DNA of 58,681 bases, taken from positions 1-58,681 of the IMG/VR virus record IMGVR_UViG_3300025687_000049; one strand, given 5' to 3'. Made by a program: the position numbers and the translations under genes. The DNA is from a virus. Taxonomy: Duplodnaviria > Caudoviricetes. Under the pieces are notes generated by a model. That model did no database searches, was not told where the DNA came from, and saw nothing but the letters and a program-made list of their open reading frames with translations. Below, piece by piece: positions 37,129 through 46,776 of the stretch (within the stretch, counting starts at the first letter, position 1; each line of letters opens with the position of its first letter).

Positions 37129-37696
37129 GATGGCACAGCCGGCAGATGGTAGTGAGATACATCTGAAGGACAAGCCGATACAGAAACAAAACCTGAACCT
37201 GGATAACGACGAAGATATCCTGAAGGCTACTGACCGTAGTGGTGGGAAGTGGCGCTTTTACATGGACGGTAAGCTAATCGCAGAGAGTCCCGACCCGGGG
37301 GAAGTGAACGCTTCTATCGTAGGTCAGTGGGCTGATGCAGTGCGTAAACGTTGCAAGCGGACCCTCACTCAAGAAGACATCGATCGGAAGCTTGAGGCGA
37401 AGAAGGAGAAGCAGTCCAGTGGAGGAATTATACTCCCTGATGGAGTGGATGTTACGGATGCAGATAGCCCTGCTGATAGTGACATACAAGACGATGCCCC
37501 TGTTGGTACTCTGGACGACGATCCAGATAGCTACGTCAACAATAAGATCTCTGCAGCGGAGAAGAGAGTTAAAGCAATCAAGGTTAAGAGGATCGAAATG
37601 GAAGAACTCTACCAAGACCTAGATCGAGAGGAGACTGCTGCGGCCGCAGAGCTGGCTAAGTGGACACGGATGAAAGAGGTAATCAATGAAGATTAA
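37118..37696 (+). CDS. Hypothetical protein
   Basis: AAGGA RBS; coiled-coil C-terminus. Confidence 0.55.
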   Translation: MAIEMAQPADGSEIHLKDKPIQKQNLNLDNDEDILKATDRSGGKWRFYMDGKLIAESPDPGEVNASIVGQWADAVRKRCKRTLTQEDIDRKLEAKKEKQSSGGIILPDGVDVTDADSPADSDIQDDAPVGTLDDDPDSYVNNKISAAEKRVKAIKVKRIEMEELYQDLDREETAAAAELAKWTRMKEVINED

Positions 37697-38204
37697 GAAG
37701 ACTGTGTATGCGGGGGTGGCTTTTGTCATCACCCTCATATTCTTATTTGCAGCGGAGAAGTCTTATGGCGACGACAATAGAAATAGCCACGTGGTTACTA
37801 CTGGCCTTTCTGGTGGCATTATCAATTATCCTAGCGGTCGTACGCAAACGCTCGGATACATCTACAACAACCGGTGGCAAGCAGAGTACGAGCGCCTCGG
37901 AGGAGGGGATAGATGGAACAACGTCTCCTCTTTTTCCGTGGTTCGACGAGTCCCGTTTGGATCAACAGGACTTGCAGCATCTATCGGGGCTTCGTATTTC
38001 GATCGAACACTGGCTCCACGCGATAAGGCTGGGAAACCTCCCGTATCTGATCGGCTATCGTACAGACTTAGCATCGATTACACGTGGACGCTTTCGAGCA
38101 TCACTAACATACGAGTTGGGTTCGTACACAATAGTACTGCGGGACGCTCAGAGCGGAACCGAGGTATTGATCGACTCAATCTCTCATTCGACTGGAGAGT
38201 CTAA
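37686..38204 (+). CDS. PagL-like outer-membrane beta-barrel (lipid A deacylase family)
   Basis: Signal peptide, amphipathic strands, C-terminal H.S.AG....N.G.D motif, aromatic-rich last strand. Confidence 0.65.
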   Translation: MKIKKTVYAGVAFVITLIFLFAAEKSYGDDNRNSHVVTTGLSGGIINYPSGRTQTLGYIYNNRWQAEYERLGGGDRWNNVSSFSVVRRVPFGSTGLAASIGASYFDRTLAPRDKAGKPPVSDRLSYRLSIDYTWTLSSITNIRVGFVHNSTAGRSERNRGIDRLNLSFDWRV

Positions 38205-40084
38205 TGGATGAATATCAAGGATTTATACACAAGAGTAGGTACGCACGGTATCTCGATGACAAAGGAAGGAGAGAGTCTTGGGAAGAAACTGTTGACCGAT
38301 ACATTGATTTTTGGCGTAGCCGTTATCCAGATAACGAAGACATCCAAGGAGGTCTCAGTGAGGCGCGTGAAGCCATCCTCAATCTGGAAGTGATGCCATC
38401 GATGCGTTGTCTTATGACAGCAGGACGGGCCTTAGATCGAGACAACATAGCTGGGTACAATTGTGCCTACACCCCTGTTGATCACCCTGCAGTCTTTGCA
38501 GAGATCCTATTCATCCTACTGAATGGTACTGGGGTAGGGTTCAGTGTAGAGAGACAGGAGATAGCAAAGCTGCCTGAGGTAGCGGAGGAGTTACATGAGT
38601 CTGAAACCACCATCGTCGTTCGTGATAGCAAACTCGGTTGGGCAGAGGGTTTTAAGCAACTTGTCTCGCTCCTCTACGCTGGATCCATTCCGGGATACGA
38701 TCTTAGTAAAGTACGAGCTGCTGGTGAAAGACTTAAAACATTCGGAGGTAGAAGCTCTGGACCGGCTCCTTTGCGAGCTTTGTTCGATTATACAATCGCT
38801 CTCTTCAGAGGGGCAGCTGGAAGACGACTCAATAGCCTTGAGGTACACGACCTCGTCTGCAAGATCGCCACTGTCGTTGTTGTCGGAGGTGTACGGAGGT
38901 CAGCTCTAATCTCCCTCAGCAACTTAACAGACCAGCGTATGAGACATGCGAAGGATGGTAACTTTTATGACAGCAATCCCCAAAGGACTATTAGTAACAA
39001 TTCGGTTGCCTACACAGAGAAACCTGACGTTGAAATTTTCATGGACGAGATGCTTGCCCTCTATAGGAGCAAGTCTGGGGAGCGGGGGGTCTTTAACCGC
39101 GTTGCTGCAGATTACCAGGTGGACAGGACGGGACGACGAGAGACTGGACACAATTGGGGATGCAATCCTTGCTCGGAAATTATACTTCGCCCTGCTCAAT
39201 TCTGTAACCTTACGGAAATCGTGGTACGGGCTGAGGACTCTCCGACTGACCTGGAAAGGAAAGCACGGATCGCTACGTTCCTGGGTACTCTACAATCCAC
39301 GCTTACTGACTTCAGATTCCTAAGAAAGATATGGCAAACGAACTGCGAGGAAGAACGTTTACTTGGTGTGTCCATGACTGGTATCCTGGATCACCCCGTC
39401 TTGGGAGACGTGAAGAACGTATCGTTGCCGAATTTGTTAGGCGGTCTGAAGCAAGCCTGCATAAAGGAGAACCTGGTATGGAGCGAGATTCTAGGGATAG
39501 CCCGGAGTTCTGCAATTACATGTGTGAAGCCATCTGGAACAGTGAGTCAGCTGACGAATACCGCATCTGGGATCCATGCGAGACATGCCCCTTTCTATGT
39601 GAGGAGAGTCCGGGCGGACGTGAAGGATCCTCTAGCTCAGTGGATGATTGACCAGGGGTTCCCTTACGAGCAGGATGTGGTGTCCCCTAGTAATGTGGTA
39701 TTCGAGTTCCCGATAGCATCACCAGACTCTCGTACTTCGATCGGTGCGTTAGAGCACCTGGAGTTGTGGAAGGTGTATCAGGATAATTGGTGTGACCATA
39801 AGCCTAGTGTGACTGTGAGTTACACTCCGGACGAGTTCCCCAAGATCAGTGCTTGGTTGTATGAGCACTTCAATGTAGTGAGCGGTATCAGCTTCCTACC
39901 GAAGGATGATCATGTGTACCAACAAGCCCCTTACGAGGCGATAACTGAGGTGGAGTACAAGGCTAGGGTGATGAATATGCCGAAGGTCGATTGGTCTGAG
40001 TTCACTGAGGAACAGGACCTCACTAGAGGTAGCCAGGAGCTAGCTTGCTCCGGTGATGTATGTGAAGTCGTAGATATAACTTAA
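38204..40084 (+). CDS. nrdJ: Class II (B12-dependent) ribonucleotide reductase
   Basis: PSMR, YNCAY, GGVRRSA, NPCSEI, CVKPSGT, C-terminal AC..D.CE; no small subunit nearby. Confidence 0.9.
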   Translation: MDEYQGFIHKSRYARYLDDKGRRESWEETVDRYIDFWRSRYPDNEDIQGGLSEAREAILNLEVMPSMRCLMTAGRALDRDNIAGYNCAYTPVDHPAVFAEILFILLNGTGVGFSVERQEIAKLPEVAEELHESETTIVVRDSKLGWAEGFKQLVSLLYAGSIPGYDLSKVRAAGERLKTFGGRSSGPAPLRALFDYTIALFRGAAGRRLNSLEVHDLVCKIATVVVVGGVRRSALISLSNLTDQRMRHAKDGNFYDSNPQRTISNNSVAYTEKPDVEIFMDEMLALYRSKSGERGVFNRVAADYQVDRTGRRETGHNWGCNPCSEIILRPAQFCNLTEIVVRAEDSPTDLERKARIATFLGTLQSTLTDFRFLRKIWQTNCEEERLLGVSMTGILDHPVLGDVKNVSLPNLLGGLKQACIKENLVWSEILGIARSSAITCVKPSGTVSQLTNTASGIHARHAPFYVRRVRADVKDPLAQWMIDQGFPYEQDVVSPSNVVFEFPIASPDSRTSIGALEHLELWKVYQDNWCDHKPSVTVSYTPDEFPKISAWLYEHFNVVSGISFLPKDDHVYQQAPYEAITEVEYKARVMNMPKVDWSEFTEEQDLTRGSQELACSGDVCEVVDIT

Positions 40085-40095
40085 GGAGATTAGGG

Positions 40096-40299
40096 ATGGG
40101 TATTAAGGTAACGATTGCAGATGAAGACGCCGCGACTATCACGAGGGAAACACTATTAGATGCTTTGGAGTTTACTGGAGATAAGAAGACACGCAAAGCA
40201 CTACTCCGCGCAGTCCGGTACTTCTCTAACAAGGCAGAATGGGATGACCTAGAGGAGGTGTTGGGTAAGGAATGGATAAGGTGGGACAAAGGGTGGTAA
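40096..40299 (+). CDS. Hypothetical protein
   Basis: AAGGAG RBS; last gene of the + arm. Confidence 0.6.
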   Translation: MGIKVTIADEDAATITRETLLDALEFTGDKKTRKALLRAVRYFSNKAEWDDLEEVLGKEWIRWDKGW

Positions 40300-40343
40300 G
40301 AACGTTGCCCAGTTTGGTGTATCTGGGGAGTTCTAGGGACACA

Positions 40344-40433
40344 CAAAAAAGCCCCCGTTGATGTAATCGCAGGGGGCTAGGGAGAGACGGTTAAGAACCT
40401 CAGCATTTAGAAATAAGTGCTGGGGTTTTTTTA
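40344..40433. terminator. Convergent intrinsic terminators between the two arms
   Basis: AAAAAA-GCCCCC...GGGGGC (minus) and CCTCAGCATTTA...TAAGTGCTGGGG-TTTTTTT (plus). Confidence 0.8.
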
Positions 40434-40435
40434 TA

Positions 40436-41716
40436 CTAAAACCATTTGTTCACACGAGAAAATAAGAATCTTATGAATGTCCGAATAGTTCCTGGCGTTC
40501 CTGGCCCACCAGCTTGGAATTGTTGTGTACCCGAAGAAGTCCCTACACCACTGGTCGTTGCTGTGTGCCTAGTGTTTAAGGATTCCTGAGACACAGCACC
40601 TCCCGTACCAGAGATACTTTTCGTAACAGCAACACCTCGGGTAACACTAGAGGAACCCGCGGCACTATTAGTAAAGGGAGCCTTGGCTATACCCTTACCT
40701 ACAGTAGATGTGCCAACACCACTGAATACTCCTGATACAAGATTGGAAACTTGCCTACCTAAGGTAGAGGTTCCGATCCCGCTGATTGCGACACTAACTA
40801 ATGAGACGAGCGTAGTCCCCATAGAGACAGTACCTGTGGCTGCGTAGGAGAGTGCTCTAACAAACTGTTGTCCATAAGTGAGTGCGGGAGTACCTACTCC
40901 GGTAACAGAGAACGGAGATTTAGCCACCCCCTTAGCTACGGCATTAGTTCCGATACCACTGATCGATAGGGTCCTAAAGAACGACCCTAATTTACTGTAG
41001 GTAGATGTCCCAGAGCCTGTGATTGCTCTGGTCAATGCCACACCTTTTACAATACCTGAGCTGCCTACTCCGGTAATTGTTAGGGTCTTTGTGTATTCAG
41101 TCGCCCCGCCGCCACCCGAGTCTTTTAAAGAGAACCCCGCGATAGGTCCATCCCTTCCTGTGGCTTGGGTTATAGTGCCCGAGTCACCAGTTACAGCACT
41201 GGCGTTGATGCGATAACCATAGAATGAATCCGCTAGGCTGTCCGTATCAACCTGAGTGTACCCGGTGGGCACGCTAACAGTAGTCGGCGCGTCCGCCTGA
41301 TACATCAAGAAATCAACGGAGTCAGCAGCAAAGTCAGCTGCCGGTGAGTAAACATCTAAAGATGTCGCTGGGTCTGTAACTGAACCCGTAAACGCAACAT
41401 CCACCTCACCTACGTTTGCAAACTCAATTACAACCCACTCCTTGATTTGATCCGTTCCATCATTAGATAAAGTTATTAACGTATCACCAGCGGCAACCCC
41501 AAATGCCCAAGCCGCTACAACAATTCTGCCCGCATCTGATTGCTGTGATATTGACCACGTATTAGATTTATCATCTGAAATCGAATACGTGCGACCGGCA
41601 GAAGCGGATTGCCGCCCAAGCATTACCAGTGCGCTTCCAGATGTTACCCCTGTAAGAGTAAACCCCCCCTCTACTGTTTGTACCGTCCCTGTCTGAACAA
41701 CCGATGGGGTTGCCAT
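40436..41716 (-). CDS. Virion accessory/tail protein with Thr-Ser-Gly repeats
   Basis: Beta-sandwich-like N-terminus, repeated (S/T)G.G(T/S) units in the C-terminal half. Confidence 0.6.
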   Translation of the reverse strand: MATPSVVQTGTVQTVEGGFTLTGVTSGSALVMLGRQSASAGRTYSISDDKSNTWSISQQSDAGRIVVAAWAFGVAAGDTLITLSNDGTDQIKEWVVIEFANVGEVDVAFTGSVTDPATSLDVYSPAADFAADSVDFLMYQADAPTTVSVPTGYTQVDTDSLADSFYGYRINASAVTGDSGTITQATGRDGPIAGFSLKDSGGGGATEYTKTLTITGVGSSGIVKGVALTRAITGSGTSTYSKLGSFFRTLSISGIGTNAVAKGVAKSPFSVTGVGTPALTYGQQFVRALSYAATGTVSMGTTLVSLVSVAISGIGTSTLGRQVSNLVSGVFSGVGTSTVGKGIAKAPFTNSAAGSSSVTRGVAVTKSISGTGGAVSQESLNTRHTATTSGVGTSSGTQQFQAGGPGTPGTIRTFIRFLFSRVNKWF

Positions 41717-43062
41717 TATCTAGCGTCCACGTAGGCTTGCGCTTGTACTAACGTAATGTTTTCCATAACAACTACATGCCTATTCCACATTGATGTTGCT
41801 GGTCCTACCCTAGATTGCGAGCTGTTGTGCCTGAACAAAAACCCGTCTATCTGTAGGTCGTTTTCGTAGATAACCGGGCACTCGTCATACACCTTTATTG
41901 CCGCCCCCGCTTGTGAGTCCTGTATCCAAAGGCTTAGAGTGTCGTTGTCAAAATCAAGAAACGCCCAATAGTAAATCCAACGATCAGGCAAAATATCCAG
42001 ACTTCCAACCTTCGGCTCCAGCGTATCACCAGAACCCACCGTGCCAGCCGTGACGCCTTCCGCAGAACCGTACAACCGGACATTTGGCGTTCCAACAACT
42101 CCCTCAACGTTGTTGTAAGACGTTCTAATTTCAACCGCTCGTCCAGGTCCGGCATCACCGTAAAGGATGAACTCTTTGTGCGTATTCATACCGCCAACGC
42201 TACCATCAGGGTCTTTCTGCGCCCAAACGTCTCCCCACTTGTTTTCCCAATAAAAGAATGCTGTTCCTGAATTTGCGGCTATATTCAAATCTGGATTTTG
42301 CCCATTACCCAAACCCATGTTTACACCGTTCCCGTCATTGACGCCGAACTTCTGAATAGCGGCTTCCTCAACCGGGTCATAATCAATAGAGTTGGTGTTG
42401 TAGTTGGCAACTTGCGTCCAAACTGCTGGCGCTATTTGATCTGTAAAAACATCGCCATCACCATAAAGAGGAAAGCCCCGAGTAGTCGCAGGCTCCGCTG
42501 CTAACATTTCATAATAGGAGTGCTGTCCGCCAACCACAAAACCACTGAATGTACTAGCCTTCACGCTACTAAAATCGGATTCATTACCAGCAAGGTCACG
42601 TGCGGTTATTTTATACCAAGTCTGTATAGACGTATCGAACGCTGAGTCTGTATAAGAATTACCCGGAGCACCAACTGTTGCTATAGGAACCCCAAAACCA
42701 GAGTCAGCAGATGTGGTCGATTTATATATTCGATAGTCCTGAATATCCGGCTCAGTATTACTTGTCCAAATTAACTGTATAGAGTTAGTCTGCTGGTTCG
42801 TTAAAAGAAATCCGGCAGGGGCTAAGGGAGGGTCTACATCTACACCAGGATGTTTTGCGCCTATACCCTGTAAAATACTTACTGACACTTTCGGCTGCCT
42901 AATCTCATACTCGCCCAATTCAGCGTTAAGAAAAAACTCATTTGTTTCAAAAACGTCCTGAAATCTGTCTTGGAATACCCATTCATCACCTACTAATTTA
43001 TAGACTTCAAGGTATCTTGAATCTGAACCATTGCCGCCGCGCTTTGTTACGCTATTTGGCAT
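41716..43062 (-). CDS. FN3 + lectin-like (LamG/polysaccharide-lyase-like) virion protein
   Basis: PP.AP...W..N.E.D...Y.IY...Y.D...Y.ITA.D..GNES FN3 motif followed by an aromatic beta domain. Confidence 0.7.
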   Translation of the reverse strand: MPNSVTKRGGNGSDSRYLEVYKLVGDEWVFQDRFQDVFETNEFFLNAELGEYEIRQPKVSVSILQGIGAKHPGVDVDPPLAPAGFLLTNQQTNSIQLIWTSNTEPDIQDYRIYKSTTSADSGFGVPIATVGAPGNSYTDSAFDTSIQTWYKITARDLAGNESDFSSVKASTFSGFVVGGQHSYYEMLAAEPATTRGFPLYGDGDVFTDQIAPAVWTQVANYNTNSIDYDPVEEAAIQKFGVNDGNGVNMGLGNGQNPDLNIAANSGTAFFYWENKWGDVWAQKDPDGSVGGMNTHKEFILYGDAGPGRAVEIRTSYNNVEGVVGTPNVRLYGSAEGVTAGTVGSGDTLEPKVGSLDILPDRWIYYWAFLDFDNDTLSLWIQDSQAGAAIKVYDECPVIYENDLQIDGFLFRHNSSQSRVGPATSMWNRHVVVMENITLVQAQAYVDAR

Positions 43063-43153
43063 TATTTTCTCCTTTCATTGTATTTAGTCACCACTTGGGA
43101 CAGGAAGTAGAACCCGACATAGTGTGGCGCGTTCGCTTCCTCGTCAACGATGC
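42380..43153. repeat. Diverged direct repeat, copy 2
   Basis: Matches 1-775. Confidence 0.95.
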
Positions 43154-43312
43154 CGTCGCCCCCCACGTTGGGTAGTTTGTTCCATCTACGGAAGGGATGA
43201 GGTAAAGCTCAACGCCTGCATCTGTGCCTGAAAATATGGCTGAAGCCAATACCCGCTCGGCATCACACTCAACGTAAAGGGTAGTTGTGTTGGCGCTGTC
43301 CAAGAAACACAC
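43062..43312 (-). pseudogene. Truncated/frameshifted remnant of a small virion protein gene
   Basis: LYLIPSVDGTNYPTW continues as GDGIVDEEANAPHYVGF only after a frameshift at a G6 run (~43149-54); no proper start. Confidence 0.45.
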
Positions 43313-43412
43313 AAGGTATTGGTTGGGAGCGGGTCTGCGTCAAGTTCTGCTCTTATAGCTGTATAATCCCTGTAATTTACCTATAGTAAGGCCCTATACG
43401 GGCCTATCCATA

Positions 43413-43898
43413 TTAATCTAATGTAATTGATAATTGTCCTGCTGAGAATCTAGGAGTAATCCCAGAGGTAACAGCTAGAGAGCTAGACAACGCTCCGAAG
43501 AATAGTACTTCTGAAGCAGGTGAAGCTGAGTCAGAAGTACCAATTGAGTAGTGTGTTACTGTCTGAGAAGCTGGAGAACCTCCACTGTGTTGACCAAAAG
43601 CAAGCTCCGCTGCGTTTGATACTGAGTTTCCAGATACAGTCCATCCACCGTTAGGAGAGCCTGAAGAAGCTCTAATAACTTCCACTCGTGCGTATCCTGG
43701 GTAGGAAGCTTCATTGACTGCTTGGTTTGCTGGGGCTTCATTAGGGGAATCTGGAATAGCTGTATGTAAAGCTACCCAAAAAGACCCCGCTGATGTAGAG
43801 CCTTGAAGACCCGTGGCATCTCCAATATCTAGAGTTGTATCTAGGTTTTGGAATAATAATTCTAAAATATCTGTTTCTAATGCGTCAGTTGCTGACAT
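43413..43898 (-). CDS. Tail-associated structural protein
   Basis: LE..IL, VALHTA.P, NE..Y..YAR..V, TH..IG, G..P.F..G.L motifs. Confidence 0.7.
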   Translation of the reverse strand: MSATDALETDILELLFQNLDTTLDIGDATGLQGSTSAGSFWVALHTAIPDSPNEAPANQAVNEASYPGYARVEVIRASSGSPNGGWTVSGNSVSNAAELAFGQHSGGSPASQTVTHYSIGTSDSASPASEVLFFGALSSSLAVTSGITPRFSAGQLSITLD

Positions 43899-43913
43899 AG
43901 TTAATCTCCTTGA

Positions 43914-44273
43914 TTATGAGGTACTGATTGTTATATCTCGTTCTACTTTAACACGGCCTAAAAGAAGAGTATAAACATTTCCTAATGTGTCTACTTCTTG
44001 TAGGTCGTAAAAATATGTACCTGGTGTAATTGTCGCCGTTACTGTTGAGCTAATTGCTACAATAACGATCCCGTTTGTTGCGTTCGTTCCAGAAGCTACT
44101 ACAGATACCTGTGCAGCTCCTGGATCTGAATCTGTTCTATTTGCTTTTAAAGTAACCCAGTAAGTGTTTCCAGTTATATCTATTGGAGTACCACTTTCGT
44201 CTGTCATAGTATACTTTATAGTCCAGTCATCCCCCCTAGCGAAAGGCTTAAGATTTAATTGTTTATACGCCAT
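43914..44273 (-). CDS. BppU N-terminal-like baseplate protein, paralog 1
   Basis: RGDDW, DITG..YW.TLK, YDLQ, L.G.V.V..DIT. Confidence 0.65.
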   Translation of the reverse strand: MAYKQLNLKPFARGDDWTIKYTMTDESGTPIDITGNTYWVTLKANRTDSDPGAAQVSVVASGTNATNGIVIVAISSTVTATITPGTYFYDLQEVDTLGNVYTLLLGRVKVERDITISTS

Positions 44274-44458
44274 TAAAAGCCTCCACTTTCTTCTATGCTG
44301 TCTACTACTACAGTAATTTCTTCGGCGGATACGCCTACGATGAGTTCATCCACAATTACTTCTTCGACTACAGTAACTTCTTCGACTAATATGCTTACAA
44401 TAAGTTCATCAACAATTACTTCTTCAACTAATATGCCTACAATAAGTTCATCTGTCAT
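44273..44458 (-). CDS. Val/Glu/Ile repeat peptide
   Basis: Repeats of DELIV.I.VEEV.V; TAATG coupling to the downstream gene. Confidence 0.5.
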   Translation of the reverse strand: MTDELIVGILVEEVIVDELIVSILVEEVTVVEEVIVDELIVGVSAEEITVVVDSIEESGGF

Positions 44459-44581
44459 AGTACTTATTCATTGATATAGTTAGAGGCCATGTGCTGCTAC
44501 AATATATCGTATATCGCCCCCTTTGTAGGTTGATTGACCCGCCGGAATCTACCATTACCATATTTTTGTTTTCCAAAAGTA

Positions 44582-44941
44582 TTAGGTACTTCTTGTAATG
44601 TCCTTAGCTACTGTTACTTTTCCTAGTAAAATAGTCTGAACATTTCCTTGGTCGTCTACCTGCTGTAAGTCATAATGATAGCTACCTGGTATTAAATCAT
44701 ATGTTGTAGCCTTTGGAAAAGTCATATAAATGATTCCATTGGATGCGTCTGGTGAACCTGCACTTATAGGACCTATTTGGGCATCTCCAGGGTCTGCTGA
44801 ATCAGCGTCCTTTTTAAGAGTCATCCAATAGGAATATCCTGTTATATCTAAAGTCGCGCCCTGCCCATCACGTAAGGTAAATTTAAGGGTCCAGTCGTCG
44901 CCTCTTGCAAAAGGACTAAGTTCTCTTCTTGTAAAAGGCAT
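44582..44941 (-). CDS. BppU N-terminal-like baseplate protein, paralog 2
   Basis: Same motifs as 43914-44273. Confidence 0.65.
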   Translation of the reverse strand: MPFTRRELSPFARGDDWTLKFTLRDGQGATLDITGYSYWMTLKKDADSADPGDAQIGPISAGSPDASNGIIYMTFPKATTYDLIPGSYHYDLQQVDDQGNVQTILLGKVTVAKDITRST

Positions 44942-44994
44942 TCATTTGTTCTCCGGACTTAAATAGTTCTTCTATAACCATAATATTAAACAAA

Positions 44995-45023
44995 ATTATA
45001 ACAAGCACCCACGTGAGTGTCAA
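44995..45023 (-). promoter_or_regulatory. Consensus sigma70 promoter
   Basis: TTGACA-N17-TATAAT with extended TG and A-tract UP element. Confidence 0.8.
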
Positions 45024-45043
45024 GGTATAAATTTTTTTAACTC

Positions 45044-45286
45044 CTAAGGATAAACTACTTTTACCCAATCCCTACAAAACTGCATAGGGCTCTGAGAAAA
45101 TTGCCATCCGTTAGACTTTAGATAGGACCAATCTTTTGTAGGTACTGGGTATCCTAGAGTCTCTGGAGACTTCAGGCAAGTATTATATAGTTGTTGTCTA
45201 TCTTTTTCACATATGTCAAAGTGACATAAAGAAGAGGAAGTACTACACCCTGTTAAAGATAATATTAATATAATTTTGTTAAGCAT
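45044..45286 (-). CDS. Putative lipoprotein
   Basis: MLNKIILILSLTGC lipobox. Confidence 0.55.
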   Translation of the reverse strand: MLNKIILILSLTGCSTSSSLCHFDICEKDRQQLYNTCLKSPETLGYPVPTKDWSYLKSNGWQFSQSPMQFCRDWVKVVYP

Positions 45287-45849
45287 TCTATTTTTTCCAT
45301 AGCGTCAGACCCGCCTACTAATTCTGATAAAAACCTAGTGTATACTGGTAGTAGCTTACTATCTATAGATTCAAGGTTCTGTTCATGCTTAGGATAAAGG
45401 TCCTCGAACCACTTTAAATTTAATTGTTGTTCGGTACCATAACAATAAGTAATCATTCCTAAGCAATCTTGAAATACTAGGGTAGTGTAAAATAAAATAG
45501 TCTCAGGAGTACTTGAATTAAGTCTAGAGAGCAAATTACAGAAACTAAGTAAAGAAGCTAATAAGTCTTTCCTTAGTATAATAACATCAGCAATTGGTCC
45601 TAATAGATACCCACTTTTATTAACTAGTAATACTTTATCATCATGCTTTTCAATACAAGAAGTAAACTCCTCGCTCGATAGTACAGGTTGAAACTTAGTT
45701 TCATGTATAATTGCCTTTATTCCGGGACCTTTACCAAATCCTTGCAAGTAAGCTGGGGACAGTTCCCCATAGCATGGAAGATCTAACTCTTCTGCTTTGT
45801 CTAAGGCGTATTTAGTGGCCCCTGTCCTTGCGTGCGTACAGATAATCAT
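45265..45849 (-). CDS. Sulfotransferase-like protein
   Basis: N-terminal ARTGAT (PAPS loop-like), GE, and IILRKD.L...LS motif. Confidence 0.5.
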   Translation of the reverse strand: MIICTHARTGATKYALDKAEELDLPCYGELSPAYLQGFGKGPGIKAIIHETKFQPVLSSEEFTSCIEKHDDKVLLVNKSGYLLGPIADVIILRKDLLASLLSFCNLLSRLNSSTPETILFYTTLVFQDCLGMITYCYGTEQQLNLKWFEDLYPKHEQNLESIDSKLLPVYTRFLSELVGGSDAMEKIECLTKLY

Positions 45850-46211
45850 CTTCTTCTAGTATCCCCTACAATGGTTGGCTCTGCAAATTTTCTCAAGGCA
45901 TCCGCTTTATTACTAGCAGAGATACTGACGCCATTTAGCGCCTCATATAAATTATGCATCGCTACTATAGCTTCTCTTAGATCTACGGCTTTTTGTACTT
46001 GAGAAGCCGTAGCTACTGGACTTCCCAAATCATCATTTAATCCGAAAATTTCTATCGCAAAAGCTTCATCACTACCTCCAACAGTTTGATAAATTGTTAA
46101 TAGTCTTTGATAAAGCTCTTCTACTAAAAAGAGTTGTTGTAGTAAATTATTAGCAGATTTACCAACTGCGTCTGAAATGGACTCGAAAGTCCAGTCACTA
46201 TAATAGGTCAT
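45846..46211 (-). CDS. Hypothetical protein
   Basis: Helical ORF in tail operon. Confidence 0.6.
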   Translation of the reverse strand: MTYYSDWTFESISDAVGKSANNLLQQLFLVEELYQRLLTIYQTVGGSDEAFAIEIFGLNDDLGSPVATASQVQKAVDLREAIVAMHNLYEALNGVSISASNKADALRKFAEPTIVGDTRRR

Positions 46212-46776
46212 ATGTGTACTCCACGTTTTTATATATTGGGTGCTCAGAGCGTCGTTGCTCTAAGTGTTCTGGTGTTATAGTTATTTTACTTAATACTATT
46301 TTTTCATCTAGTCTGGATTTTCTTTTGGGCTCCTTAGCTTTAGTTATACTTCTCCACTTAGTAGCAGCATTATTAACATTATCAGTATTTACTACTTCAA
46401 GAAAACAACTATCTAACTTTAAAACATCAAAATACCAATATCCATGTAAAAAAGAAGTAGCAGTTTGGCACCCTTGACCTCTGTATTTTGGATGAATTCC
46501 TCCAAGAACTGCCTCTGCTACATTTCTCTCAAATTTATTCCATCTAAACCCTACTGGAGTGCCCTCCCTTTCTAGTATAGTACATAAATGAGTTTCGGAA
46601 GTTACCTTATCTGGATTAAAGGCTTTTCCTAAATGCAACATATTAGACATAGAGTTTCTAACTTGCATTAAAGTCATATCTCCTACTGGGAAGTCAGACA
46701 TAGACTCATAAAGAAACTCTTCATCAGAGTATTTCAGCCTTCTCAGTGCAAACCCGTTACTAGATTTTATCATCAT
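46198..46776 (-). CDS. GNAT-like acetyltransferase
   Basis: LRRL...D, IHPKYRGQG motif A. Confidence 0.6.
   Translation of the reverse strand: MMIKSSNGFALRRLKYSDEEFLYESMSDFPVGDMTLMQVRNSMSNMLHLGKAFNPDKVTSETHLCTILEREGTPVGFRWNKFERNVAEAVLGGIHPKYRGQGCQTATSFLHGYWYFDVLKLDSCFLEVVNTDNVNNAATKWRSITKAKEPKRKSRLDEKIVLSKITITPEHLEQRRSEHPIYKNVEYTYDLL

Noticed and set aside
42380-43153. Exact terminal redundancy or prophage att sites
   Set aside because: Copies differ at about 20 positions, the flank is another phage's tail operon, and there is no integrase
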